64,000 bases of DNA from Chitinophagaceae bacterium (GTDB lineage Bacteria; Bacteroidota; Bacteroidia; Chitinophagales; Chitinophagaceae), in NCBI GenBank assembly GCA_023957155.1, contig JAMLHK010000009.1, forward strand, positions 127,055 through 191,054, written 5' to 3'. Positions 29,639-39,984 of this stretch are shown here, piece by piece (the first letter of the stretch is position 1; the number at the start of each line of letters is the position of its first letter). Under the pieces are notes generated by a model. It saw only the letters and a program-made list of their open reading frames with translations. It was not told the DNA's origin and did not search any database. Position numbers and translations under genes: made by a program.

Positions 29639-30376
29639 ATGAAATATACGCTTGAGGTTATCGCTTTTAATATCGGGTCTGTGCTGCTGGCGCAACATTC
29701 CGGTGCGCACCGTATTGAACTGTGCGACAATCCTGCCGAAGGAGGTACTACCCCCGGCTACGGTATGATCAAAACAGCCAGGGAAAAAACATCCCTGCTG
29801 CTGTATCCCATCATTCGCCCGCGCGGCGGGGATTTTTTATACAGCAGCGAGGAATTCGAGATCATGAAAAAAGATATCCTGCTCTGCAGGGAACTGGGTT
29901 GTGATGGCGTGGTAACAGGCTTATTACACCCCGATGGAAGCATAGATAAGGCACGGACGGCAGCGCTGGCAGAAGCTGCCTATCCGCTGGGAGTTACCTT
30001 TCACCGTGCATTTGACCGTGTAGCCAATCCGTTTGAAGCCCTGGAAGATGTTATTAGCTGCGGTTGCGAAAGAATCCTCACCAGCGGGTTAAAGCCTACT
30101 GCACCGGAAGGAGGAGAAACCATTGCACAGCTTGTGCGACAGGCTGATGAACGTATTGAGATCATGCCGGGGTCGGGAGTGAGAGCCGACAATATCATCG
30201 CCCTCGCAAAGCAAACCGGGGCTATAGCTTTCCACTCTTCTGCCCGGAAAACAGCAGCTTCAGCAATGCAATATGTAAATACCGGCATGAACGAAATGCT
30301 CGAATCCGTTCAACTGGATACCGATGAAGTGAAAAGAATGATCGCTGCATTAGAGGAGCTCGAAAATGAAAACTGA
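29639..30376 (+). CDS. cutC: CutC family TIM-barrel protein
   Basis: RIELC...EGGTTPG, IIRPRGGDF, TFHRAFD and RILTSG. Start set at MKYTLEV. Confidence 0.94.
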   Translation: MKYTLEVIAFNIGSVLLAQHSGAHRIELCDNPAEGGTTPGYGMIKTAREKTSLLLYPIIRPRGGDFLYSSEEFEIMKKDILLCRELGCDGVVTGLLHPDGSIDKARTAALAEAAYPLGVTFHRAFDRVANPFEALEDVISCGCERILTSGLKPTAPEGGETIAQLVRQADERIEIMPGSGVRADNIIALAKQTGAIAFHSSARKTAASAMQYVNTGMNEMLESVQLDTDEVKRMIAALEELENEN

Positions 30377-30407
30377 CGTTTCTCAACAACGGATGCCGTC
30401 GGTTATA

Positions 30408-31421
30408 TCAATGCACGATCAGCTCACTTTTCAGCACAATATTTTCATAGGGTAAAACACTTTCGCGGGATTTGGCATCAAGAAGCTTAAATAACAGTTC
30501 AGCTGCCCGGCTGCCCTGTTCATAAGGAAACTGCTCAACAGAAGCTACAGGAGGAAAATCGAGGTAGCTGATAATGGGCCAATTGGCATAGCTTACCACA
30601 CTGATATCTTTATTGATCTTCAGCTTTTTCTTCTTTGCATACTGAATGGTATCTAAAGCCACGTTATCATTAAAAGCCAGGATAGCCGTTGGCCGGTTGT
30701 TCAGCGATAATAATTTTTCTATTGCCGCTTCTGTGCTTTTCCGGGAGAGATCGGTCGTTACGATATAGGATTGATTAATGGGTCTTTTATTTTTCTCATG
30801 CGCTGTATGATATCCCTCCAGCCGCTCGTTTTTTATATTCAGGGACAGCGGTCCCTGTATATAGCCTACCCGCTGGTGCCCTTTGGCAAATAAAAGCTCC
30901 ACCGCCTCCACCGTACTATAATACAGGCTGCACCATACAGAATGGATATCAGGCACATTGGGTACGCGGTCAAAAAACACCACGGGTATATTGTACTCGT
31001 CTAACTGCTTAAAATGCGCTATACTGTTGGTTTGTTTGGAAATAGAAACCAATACCCCGTCAACCCGGTGCTTACGCATGGTTTCTACAATTTTTTGCTC
31101 CCGGTCAAGCAGATCATGCGATTGACTGATCAGCACATTATAATTATTTTTAAAAGCGGTATCCTCAACACCGCTGATCGCTAAAGAAAAATATTCTTCC
31201 TGCAGATTAGGAAGGATAAGCCCGAGCGTAAATGTTTTCCCCTGCTTGAACCGGATAGCCGTTTGATTCGGTTCGTAGTTCATTTCCTTCGCCAGCTTTT
31301 GAACCTGCATTTTAGTGCGTAGCCCTATGCTGGGATGATCATGAAGCGCACGGGAAACCGTTGACACAGAGATATTAAGCTTTTTTGCAATCTCCTTTAT
31401 TGTTGGCACTTTCTTCTCCAT
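30408..31421 (-). CDS. LacI family transcriptional regulator
   Basis: TIKEIAKKLNISVSTVSRAL HTH, YEPN hinge and VFFDR. Confidence 0.95.
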   Translation of the reverse strand: MEKKVPTIKEIAKKLNISVSTVSRALHDHPSIGLRTKMQVQKLAKEMNYEPNQTAIRFKQGKTFTLGLILPNLQEEYFSLAISGVEDTAFKNNYNVLISQSHDLLDREQKIVETMRKHRVDGVLVSISKQTNSIAHFKQLDEYNIPVVFFDRVPNVPDIHSVWCSLYYSTVEAVELLFAKGHQRVGYIQGPLSLNIKNERLEGYHTAHEKNKRPINQSYIVTTDLSRKSTEAAIEKLLSLNNRPTAILAFNDNVALDTIQYAKKKKLKINKDISVVSYANWPIISYLDFPPVASVEQFPYEQGSRAAELLFKLLDAKSRESVLPYENIVLKSELIVH

Positions 31422-31468
31422 AGAATAGCTAAGGTAATAGCATAATTCCTGGTATCAAAACAAATCAT

Positions 31469-31480
31469 GCAATCGTTTGA
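31469..31480. promoter_or_regulatory. Putative LacI-family operator
   Basis: GCAATCGTTTGA between the divergent lacI and GH123 genes. Confidence 0.6.
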
Positions 31481-31527
31481 CTGATTACCATACCATATAA
31501 TAATGTAGCTTTAGCAACTTCAAAAGT

Positions 31528-33279
31528 ATGGATATGAAAAGATTGATTCTAATAGTACCGGCTGTTTTGCTGTATGCCATGCTCCACGCCCAGGATAAGA
31601 GTTACAGCACAAACAACAATACCTATTTCACCGAACGGACTTTTAATACCGTTCCTGACGAAAACTGGGAATCACTTCGCCATCCCGTTAGGGTGAGCTT
31701 TGCTAACAGCAATACCCGCTACGACAAAACAAAAGTGCCTCTGAAAAAAACGCAGAGAAGCTGGCACGTCACAGCCTGGAAAGGAGAAAAAGTCCATACC
31801 CAGCTTCTGGTATGGACAAACCGCCCGGTTGAACAGTTAACCTATACGCTCGGCAGCCTGGAAAATGCAGCAGGACAAACCATTCCGGCTTCCCACGTAA
31901 AAGCCGGGTTTGTTCGATATGTAATTACGGATGAATTTGCCCGCGGATGCGGGTATCGTAAGCCTGCCGATTTTGACTCATCGCTGGTTGCCGATGCAAT
32001 AGATATCACCCCTTCGCTCCCGGTTAAAGCCAATACCGTTCAACCGGTCTGGCTGAGCATACAGGTACCGGAAAATGCAGCAACCGGAAACTATAAGGGA
32101 AGCATTACGGTTAATGCAGACAAGACCTATACATTACATTTTACCGTTAAGGTCATTAACCGCATTTTACCCCCGCCCGGTCAATGGAGTTTTGATCTCG
32201 ACCTCTGGCAGCATCCCGCTGCCATTGCCCGGGTACATGATGTTCCCTTATGGAGTGATCAACATTTTGAACTGATGAAACCTTATTATACTTTACTTGC
32301 CGGTGCGGGACAGAAAAATATTACCGCCAGCATCATGGATGAACCCTGGGGACATCAGACTTATGATGATTTTCCGGGACTCATCAAATGGACAAAGCAT
32401 ACCAACGGTTCCTGGTCCTATGATTACAGCCTGTTTGACCGGTACATTGCTTTCGTGATGAGTTGTGGTATTAACAAACGTATCAATTGTTATACTATGG
32501 TGCCCTGGGCTTTATCCTTCCGGTATTACGATGAAGCGTTGGGGAAAGATACAGCCCTCAAAGCCCCTATCGGCTCGGAAGAATATAATGCACACTGGAC
32601 AAGCATGTTAACGGATTTCACCCGGCATTTAAAGAACAAAGGCTGGTTTGGTATTACCACTATTGCCATGGATGAGCGTCCCATGAAAGATATGCAGGTG
32701 GTAATTGCCCTGCTGAAACGCATAGACCCCGACTGGAAGATCGCCCTGGCAGGCAATTATCACCCGGAGATAGAGAAAGATATTTTTGATTATTGCTTAG
32801 CCTCCAATCTTCAATTTAATGAAACGGTACTTAAAGCGCGGATCGCAGCCGGGAAACCGAGCACATATTATACCTGCTGCACCGAGAACTATCCCAACGG
32901 CTTTACTTTCTCCCCGCCTGCAGAACATGTATGGCTGGGCTGGTATGCTGCTGCAAAAGGTTTTACCGGATACCTCAGGTGGGCATATAACAGCTGGGTA
33001 GCCGACCCGCTCAGAGATTCGCGGTTCAGGAGCTGGCCGGCAGGAGATACCTACCAGGTGTACCCGGGGCCAAGAACATCTATCCGCTTTGAAAAGCTCA
33101 TTGAAGGGATTCAGGATTTTGAAAAAATCAAATCATTGCAAAAAGAGCTTACTGCTAAAAAGAATACCCGGTCTCTGAAGAAGCTGAACGAAACATTACA
33201 GGTTTTTGACATTGGAAAATTAAAAACCATCCCGGCAGAAGATATGGTGCTGAAAGCAAAGAAAATATTGAATGAATAA
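31528..33279 (+). CDS. GH123 beta-N-acetylgalactosaminidase-like (DUF4091)
   Basis: AWKGE, LDLWQHP, IAMDER, YYTCC, GYLRWAYNSW and SIRFEKLIEGIQD; signal peptide. Confidence 0.88.
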   Translation: MDMKRLILIVPAVLLYAMLHAQDKSYSTNNNTYFTERTFNTVPDENWESLRHPVRVSFANSNTRYDKTKVPLKKTQRSWHVTAWKGEKVHTQLLVWTNRPVEQLTYTLGSLENAAGQTIPASHVKAGFVRYVITDEFARGCGYRKPADFDSSLVADAIDITPSLPVKANTVQPVWLSIQVPENAATGNYKGSITVNADKTYTLHFTVKVINRILPPPGQWSFDLDLWQHPAAIARVHDVPLWSDQHFELMKPYYTLLAGAGQKNITASIMDEPWGHQTYDDFPGLIKWTKHTNGSWSYDYSLFDRYIAFVMSCGINKRINCYTMVPWALSFRYYDEALGKDTALKAPIGSEEYNAHWTSMLTDFTRHLKNKGWFGITTIAMDERPMKDMQVVIALLKRIDPDWKIALAGNYHPEIEKDIFDYCLASNLQFNETVLKARIAAGKPSTYYTCCTENYPNGFTFSPPAEHVWLGWYAAAKGFTGYLRWAYNSWVADPLRDSRFRSWPAGDTYQVYPGPRTSIRFEKLIEGIQDFEKIKSLQKELTAKKNTRSLKKLNETLQVFDIGKLKTIPAEDMVLKAKKILNE

Positions 33280-33427
33280 GGTATTTAAAAAAAGCTTATT
33301 TATCTTAACCACTAAATAAAAACAACGCTATTATTTTCATCGGAACAGGTATACCCGCTATGTAAACAGGAACCTGCACAGACAGGTTCGCCGGCGGAAA
33401 AAATCATCTGGAAAAATATATTAAATC

Positions 33428-34867
33428 ATGAAAAATTTTTTTGGAACTGTACTGCTGCTTTTCGTCATTGGAATATCCTGTAATACTCCTCCCGTTCAGC
33501 AAGTCACACCTGAAGCTATCGGACCTGTCCCCACCCCGCAACAGCTTGCCTGGCATGACCTGGAATTTTACTGGTTCATTCATTTTGGACCTAATACGTT
33601 TACGAATAAGGAATGGGGACATGGAGACGAGCCGGCGGATGCATTTAATCCTTCTGCCCTGGACTGCAATCAGTGGGCAAAGATCGCCAGGCAATCCGGC
33701 GCTAAAGGGATCATCCTGACCGCAAAGCATCATGATGGATTTTGTTTATGGCCAAGCCGGTATTCAAAACATACCGTAAGAGAAAGCAAATGGAAGGATG
33801 GAAAAGGTGATGTGGTAAAAGATTTGTCTGAAGCCTGTAAAGCCAACGGCCTCCTGTTTGGCATTTACCTGTCTCCCTGGGATCGCAATCACCCGGATTA
33901 CGGAACCCCGGAATATAATGATGTATATGTTAATGCAATGACCGAAGTAACCACTCAATATGGGCCATTGTTCGAGTTTTGGTGGGATGGCGCTAACGGC
34001 GAAGGCCCTAACGGCAAAAAACAGGTATATGATTTCAGCCGCTTCGAAAAGGAAATCAGAAAGCTGGCTCCTGATGCGGTAGTGTTCAGTGATATCGGCC
34101 CGGATATCCGGTGGGTTGGGAATGAAAAAGGTATTGCAGGTAAAACCAACTGGAACCTGCTGGATACCGCAGGATTTACAAGAGGCGCAGGCGGTCCCCC
34201 GCAGGATACCTTAAACCGGGGAAATGAGAACGGGAAAAACTGGATCCCCGCGGAATGTGATGTAAGCATACGCCCCGGGTGGTTTTATCATGCCGAAGAA
34301 GATGACAAAGTAAAAACATCCGAGCAACTTTTTGATCTGTACCTGAAATCTGTTGGACGTGGTTCTTCTTTTTTATTAAACGTTCCGCCCGACAGAAGAG
34401 GACTGATTCATGCCAATGATTCTGCAGCGCTGGTAGGATTTAAAAAATACCGCGATGAGAGCTTTGCAGACAACCGCTTTAAAAACATCAGTGTAAGGTA
34501 TACCGATGCTGCCGGGAATCCTGTTACGATCCATTTCGATAATGGCTTTAATAAGGATTATATTCATACAGGAGGTACCGAAAACAGAATTACTATTAAC
34601 CCGGGTAATGAGGAAACCATCAATTGCATCCTGTTGAAAGAATACATTGCATTGGGACAAAGTATCAAACAATTCAAATGTATCTTAAAGAACAAAGAAG
34701 AAACCGTTCAAACTATTGAAGGAACGACCATAGGGCACAAGCGAATCCTCACTTTTGATGCTACCCCCGTTACTTCGGTGGAAATTTTAATTGAAGACAC
34801 AAAAGGAAATGCGCTGATCAGTGATATTGCTGCTTACCGGATACCCGATCAGCTGGTGGAAAAATAA
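33428..34867 (+). CDS. Alpha-L-fucosidase, GH29 (lipoprotein)
   Basis: FIHFGPNTF, TAKHHDGFCLWPS, YLSPWD and WWDGA; lipobox GISC. Confidence 0.94.
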   Translation: MKNFFGTVLLLFVIGISCNTPPVQQVTPEAIGPVPTPQQLAWHDLEFYWFIHFGPNTFTNKEWGHGDEPADAFNPSALDCNQWAKIARQSGAKGIILTAKHHDGFCLWPSRYSKHTVRESKWKDGKGDVVKDLSEACKANGLLFGIYLSPWDRNHPDYGTPEYNDVYVNAMTEVTTQYGPLFEFWWDGANGEGPNGKKQVYDFSRFEKEIRKLAPDAVVFSDIGPDIRWVGNEKGIAGKTNWNLLDTAGFTRGAGGPPQDTLNRGNENGKNWIPAECDVSIRPGWFYHAEEDDKVKTSEQLFDLYLKSVGRGSSFLLNVPPDRRGLIHANDSAALVGFKKYRDESFADNRFKNISVRYTDAAGNPVTIHFDNGFNKDYIHTGGTENRITINPGNEETINCILLKEYIALGQSIKQFKCILKNKEETVQTIEGTTIGHKRILTFDATPVTSVEILIEDTKGNALISDIAAYRIPDQLVEK

Positions 34868-35086
34868 ACCGGCATAGACAGGGATCAGTTTATGATCTGA
34901 ACAGTCCGGTACATTTACCTTTGGTAAAAGCAGTCCGGGTGTTTGATTCCATTCAGAATCGTTGCGAATGCATGAATAAATGCCTCAAAACACATGCAAC
35001 ATCCGTGCATTTGTGGCATATTATATCCAACGAATATTTGAGCTGCAGCGGGCCGGTTTCCTGACTTAATTTCATTAACTTTCGGA

Positions 35087-37378
35087 ATGAATAAATTGCT
35101 TTTCGGCTTCAGTTTTTTATTGTTGTATCTATCATCACCGGCACAGCCGGCACCACAACATGATCTCCGTTTTGACCAGCTTGCCACTACCTGGGACGAA
35201 GCTGTCCCTCTCGGTAATGCCACCATCGGCGCCCTGGTATGGCAAAAAGATAATCATTTACGTTTTTCGTTAGACCGGTCAGATATCTGGGATCTGCGTC
35301 CATTGAAAGGGTTACACCGAAAAGAATTCAGTTATCAATGGATAGAAGAGCAGGTGAATAAAAATGATTACAAGCCGGTACAGGAATATTTTGATAAGCC
35401 TTATGACCGCGAGCCTGCACCTTCCAAAATTCCTGCCGGTGCACTGGAATTTAACCTGCCCGAATCCACCAAAATAAAATCGGTAATCCTCACCCTGTCA
35501 AACGCCGTATGTGAAGTACAGTGGGAAAATGGTATGCGATTGAAAACTTTTGTTCACGCCACGCAACCTGTCGGATGGTTCCGCTTCGAAAATGTTTCAA
35601 CAAACATGCTACCCCGGCTTATCGCGCCTGCCTACCAGGCAGATATAAAAGAGGGCGGTGAAGTAAACTCCTTAGTAGGGGATGATCTTGCCCGGTTGGG
35701 ATATCAACAGGGTGAAATCGTGCAACAGCACAACAGCATCAGCTACCGGCAAAAAGGATGGGGCGGCTTCGAATACGAGATCAGCGTGCAATGGAAAGAG
35801 ATCAACCCCGCCACCATAGAAGGCGTGTGGAGTGTATCCTCTCACTATCCCGGAAAAAAAGCTACCCCCGCTGCATCGGTGATAGTAAACAACAGCATCC
35901 GCAAGCTAATGAAGGAAGATTATGAAAGCCATCTGACCTGGTGGAAAAGATTCTGGAGCAAATCTGCTGTTCGTATACCCGATACCCTGCTGGAAAAACA
36001 GTGGTACCTCGAACAATATAAATTCGGGTCTGCGGCAAGACGGGGCGCTCCGCCTATATCCCTGCAGGCAGTATGGACAGCAGATAACGGAAGGATACCG
36101 CCATGGAAAGGTGATTTTCATCACGACCTGAATACACAGCTGAGCTATTGGCCTGCATACAGCGCCAACCACTTAGATGAAGCTATGGGATACCTCGATC
36201 ACCTGGATGAAAACCAAGAGAATTACCTGCGTTATACAAAACAATTTTTCGGCAAAGAAGGACTGGCAGTACCCGGCGTTACTACCCTGGATGGTACCGA
36301 GATGGGCGGATGGACACAATACTCCCTTTCACCAACGGTATCTTCGTGGCTGGCACATCACTACTACCTGCAATGGAAATATAGTGCAGACCCCTCCTTT
36401 CTTAAAAACCGCGCTTATCCGTGGCTGAAAGAAACCTGCAGGTTCCTGGAAGAGATAACGGTAAAGGATAAGAACGGATTACGAAAGTTACCGCTTAGCT
36501 CAAGCCCGGAAATTAACGACAACCGGATAGATGCCTGGTTTCACCAAAACACCAATTACGATCTTGCTTTAATGAAATTCAGCTTTTCTGCTGCAGCGGA
36601 AATGGCAGCTGCCTTAAACCTGCAGAAGGAAGCAGCGCATTGGAAGAAGATATTATCCGAATTCGGCGACTATGCCCTTACCGCCCGCAACGAACTCATG
36701 TTTGCCCCAAACCTGCCCTATAATCAGTCTCACCGCCACTTTTCACACCTTATGGCTATTCACCCATTAGGCCTGGTGAAATGGGAGGATGGTGAAAAAT
36801 CGAAAGCGATCATCAATAACACCATATCCCTCCTTGAGCAGATCGGGCCGGATTACTGGTGTGGCTATTCTTACTCCTGGCTCGGGAATATTCAGGCCAG
36901 GGCTAAAAACGGGGAAGGTGCCGCCAGGGCATTACAAATTTTTGCAAAGGCTTTCTGCCTGCCCAACAGCTTTCATGCCAATGGCGATCAAACCCAGTCC
37001 GGCTATTCCAAATTCACCTATCGCCCTTTTACTTTAGAAGGAAATTTTGCTTTTGCAGCCGGGATCCAGGAAATGCTGCTACAGAGTTATGCAGGATGTA
37101 TTGAAATTATGCCTGCCATACCTCCGTCATGGAAAGAAGTTTCTTTTCAGCAGCTGAGGGCCGAAGGTGCTTTTTTAGTCAGTGCAAAAAAAGAAAAGGG
37201 TAAAATCTGTGAAATAAAAATCCTGTCGGAAAAAGGAGGAAAAACAAAACTGAAACTTCCTGCTAAAGACTGGAAAATAGTATCTGCCAAAGGTATCACC
37301 AGTCACCCCTCCGATGAATATATAGAACTGAACTGTAGTGCGGGGGGAACGGTTATACTGAAAAACGATGCTGAATAA
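35087..37378 (+). CDS. GH95-like alpha-L-fucosidase/alpha-L-galactosidase
   Basis: WDEAVPLGN, WKGDFHHDLNTQLSYW, SSSPE, HRHFSHL and EGNF...EMLLQS. Confidence 0.87.
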   Translation: MNKLLFGFSFLLLYLSSPAQPAPQHDLRFDQLATTWDEAVPLGNATIGALVWQKDNHLRFSLDRSDIWDLRPLKGLHRKEFSYQWIEEQVNKNDYKPVQEYFDKPYDREPAPSKIPAGALEFNLPESTKIKSVILTLSNAVCEVQWENGMRLKTFVHATQPVGWFRFENVSTNMLPRLIAPAYQADIKEGGEVNSLVGDDLARLGYQQGEIVQQHNSISYRQKGWGGFEYEISVQWKEINPATIEGVWSVSSHYPGKKATPAASVIVNNSIRKLMKEDYESHLTWWKRFWSKSAVRIPDTLLEKQWYLEQYKFGSAARRGAPPISLQAVWTADNGRIPPWKGDFHHDLNTQLSYWPAYSANHLDEAMGYLDHLDENQENYLRYTKQFFGKEGLAVPGVTTLDGTEMGGWTQYSLSPTVSSWLAHHYYLQWKYSADPSFLKNRAYPWLKETCRFLEEITVKDKNGLRKLPLSSSPEINDNRIDAWFHQNTNYDLALMKFSFSAAAEMAAALNLQKEAAHWKKILSEFGDYALTARNELMFAPNLPYNQSHRHFSHLMAIHPLGLVKWEDGEKSKAIINNTISLLEQIGPDYWCGYSYSWLGNIQARAKNGEGAARALQIFAKAFCLPNSFHANGDQTQSGYSKFTYRPFTLEGNFAFAAGIQEMLLQSYAGCIEIMPAIPPSWKEVSFQQLRAEGAFLVSAKKEKGKICEIKILSEKGGKTKLKLPAKDWKIVSAKGITSHPSDEYIELNCSAGGTVILKNDAE

Positions 37379-37452
37379 ACAGGTAAATATCCTTTTTGTC
37401 ACACCACCCATCTCCGGTAATTTTGCACACCGGTAAAAGATGCATTTTGAAT

Positions 37453-38673
37453 ATGGATACATTATCATTCGACATAGCCATAATCGGCGGGGGATGTGTA
37501 GGGCTGGCAACCGCATATAAGATCAACTCCCGTTATCCGCATTTAAAAATTGCCGTACTGGAAAAAGAAGACCGGGTTTCCGCTCATCAAACCGGAAGAA
37601 ACTCCGGGGTAATACATTCCGGGATTTATTATAAACCCGGATCATACAAAGCAAAAAATTGCGTGGACGGGCGCAGGGAACTGGTTGCTTTTGCTCAAAA
37701 ACACGGAATAAAACATGATATCTGCGGGAAAATTATCGTAGCCACACAGGAAGATGAGCTGGCACACATGAACAAAGTATACCAGAACGGGATAGCCAAT
37801 GGCGTGGAAGATATCCGGTTGATCACCGCTCGGGAGATAAAAGATATCGAGCCTTATTGTGAAGGTATTGCAGGTATATGGGTAGGATGTACAGGTATTA
37901 TAGACTATGTGGGCTTTACCGAAAAGCTGGCGGAATTACTGACCTCGCAATTTGCAGGAAGCCGGGTTTTTCTGAATACCGAAGCGAAGGATTTCATTAA
38001 GGATGGAGATAGAACCATTATAAAAACTAATCGTCAAAATGTTGAAGCAAAATATATAATAGCCTGTGCCGGGTTGCAAAGCGACCGTATAGCCCAAAAA
38101 GAAGGAACCGGTACAAATACGGCTATTGTCGGTTTCCGGGGTGATTATTACGACCTGAGCGAAACGGGGAGAGCCAAAGTCAACAATTTGATTTACCCTG
38201 TTCCCAACCCTCAGTTCCCTTTTCTGGGAGTACATTTTACCAGGATGGTAAACGGAAGTGTGGAATGTGGCCCTAATGCCGTTTTTGTATTCAAGCGTGA
38301 AGGCTATAGTAAAACAGCTTTTAGCTTAACGGATACCGCTGCCGCATTTTCATATAGTGGTACCTGGAAGTTCTTTGCAAAACACTGGCGTTTTGGATTA
38401 GATGAATACCGGGGCGCTTTTTCAAAAAGCTATTTTCTGAAACGCCTGCAAAAGCTTATCCCGTCTTTAACTTTGGAAGATATTCAGCCCGGACGGGCAG
38501 GTGTACGCGCCATGGCCCTTTCGCAGGCGGGAAATATGATAGATGATTTTAAAATCGAAGCCCGCCATAATGCGATTCACGTGCTTAATGCGCCTTCTCC
38601 TGCGGCAACTGCTGCGCTCGCCATCGGGAAAGCTGTGCAGGAAATAGCAACAAAGCAATTTCAGCTTTCTTAA
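37453..38673 (+). CDS. lhgO: L-2-hydroxyglutarate oxidase
   Basis: IIGGGCVG, HQTGRNSGVIHSGIYY, PFLGVHFT and NAPSPAATA. Start set at MDTLSFD. Confidence 0.9.
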   Translation: MDTLSFDIAIIGGGCVGLATAYKINSRYPHLKIAVLEKEDRVSAHQTGRNSGVIHSGIYYKPGSYKAKNCVDGRRELVAFAQKHGIKHDICGKIIVATQEDELAHMNKVYQNGIANGVEDIRLITAREIKDIEPYCEGIAGIWVGCTGIIDYVGFTEKLAELLTSQFAGSRVFLNTEAKDFIKDGDRTIIKTNRQNVEAKYIIACAGLQSDRIAQKEGTGTNTAIVGFRGDYYDLSETGRAKVNNLIYPVPNPQFPFLGVHFTRMVNGSVECGPNAVFVFKREGYSKTAFSLTDTAAAFSYSGTWKFFAKHWRFGLDEYRGAFSKSYFLKRLQKLIPSLTLEDIQPGRAGVRAMALSQAGNMIDDFKIEARHNAIHVLNAPSPAATAALAIGKAVQEIATKQFQLS

Positions 38674-38724
38674 ACACATACCCACAAACACTTTTCCGGC
38701 ACAAACCATTCCCTTCTTCTATCC

Positions 38725-39822
38725 TTACAGCTTGATAAATATTTTTTTTCGAAAAAGTATATATGCGGGAATAAAGTTGACCGCTACGAAAAACAGGGCA
38801 TACAGCCAGCTTGCCAGCTCCGGCTGCATTCCCGACTGAACCAGCTCATTAACCAGGAGTTCATTAAGAGGCAACCCGCCAAATTCAGCCCGGTAAAAAA
38901 ACAGGGCCAGTACATCTGCCAGCACATATACGGTTATGGCGTTAGCTCCAAAAATAACACCCGGCTGCATTCCTTTTTTATATCCTAAAATATCTACTAT
39001 AAAATATAACGCACCCAGCAATAAAGCAGCCAGCCCGGATGTTACCAGCACAAAAGAGCTGGTCCACAGATTTTCATTTACGGGAAAAACCAATCCCCAG
39101 AAATAACCGGTTATAGCCGAAATAAGTCCCGCCGTCATCAGATAGTTGACCTTTTCACCCGGAGTTAGCCGGCTGATCATCAATCTTCCGGCAAGTATAC
39201 CCGTAATACCACTCACAATAGCCGTAACGGTACTGAGAATACTTTCCGGATCCCAGGTACCCTGCCACATTTTTCCGGGCAGATATTTACTGTCTACCCA
39301 GGCCACGATATTCACCCCCGGCTCCAGCATCACCTTACCTACACCGGGAGTAGGGATAAGTGTTAAGACCATCCAGTAGGCCACTAATAAAACAGCAGCT
39401 ATCCATGCCTGTTGTTTCCAGGTAGTATTAAGAAAAAGAATGGCACAAAACATAAATACAATGGCAATCCGGTGAAGTGTTCCCGTCCAACGTACATTAC
39501 CGAAGTCAAAATCGGGCATAAGATTGAGAAACATACCCACGGCAAATATCTTGAACGACCGGAAAATGATCTTTTTATATAAACTGCCCTTGGGGGTACC
39601 CAGTTGTAACCTTCTTGTATACGCATAAACGATAGAAACCCCGATCACAAAAAGAAAGACAGGAGCGATGGTATCGGTAAATGACAGCCCGTTCCATTTA
39701 CTGTGACGAAGCGTAAAATACACATACTGTTCATTTCCCGGGAAATTTACCATGATCATGGCGGCAATGGTAAAGCCGCGCAGGGCATCAAGTGAGATAA
39801 GCCGGTTGGATTGCAGAGTCAT
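38725..39822 (-). CDS. Heparan-alpha-glucosaminide N-acetyltransferase-like membrane protein (NagX-like)
   Basis: RLISLDALRG, LRHSKWNG, DPES and ENLWTSSFVL. Confidence 0.88.
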   Translation of the reverse strand: MTLQSNRLISLDALRGFTIAAMIMVNFPGNEQYVYFTLRHSKWNGLSFTDTIAPVFLFVIGVSIVYAYTRRLQLGTPKGSLYKKIIFRSFKIFAVGMFLNLMPDFDFGNVRWTGTLHRIAIVFMFCAILFLNTTWKQQAWIAAVLLVAYWMVLTLIPTPGVGKVMLEPGVNIVAWVDSKYLPGKMWQGTWDPESILSTVTAIVSGITGILAGRLMISRLTPGEKVNYLMTAGLISAITGYFWGLVFPVNENLWTSSFVLVTSGLAALLLGALYFIVDILGYKKGMQPGVIFGANAITVYVLADVLALFFYRAEFGGLPLNELLVNELVQSGMQPELASWLYALFFVAVNFIPAYILFRKKIFIKL

Positions 39823-39984
39823 ACATTAAAATTAACAGCTAAAGAGTTTGTTGTCACCCAAAGCACCTATCGCTATACTTTTTAATATAGCAATCCTTTC
39901 ACACTTCAGCATGAAAAGAGCCGTTTTTGTTATAATGATACTGCCTGACTAATATGAAAACGAGAAAAAAGAGAAGTAGCGTGT

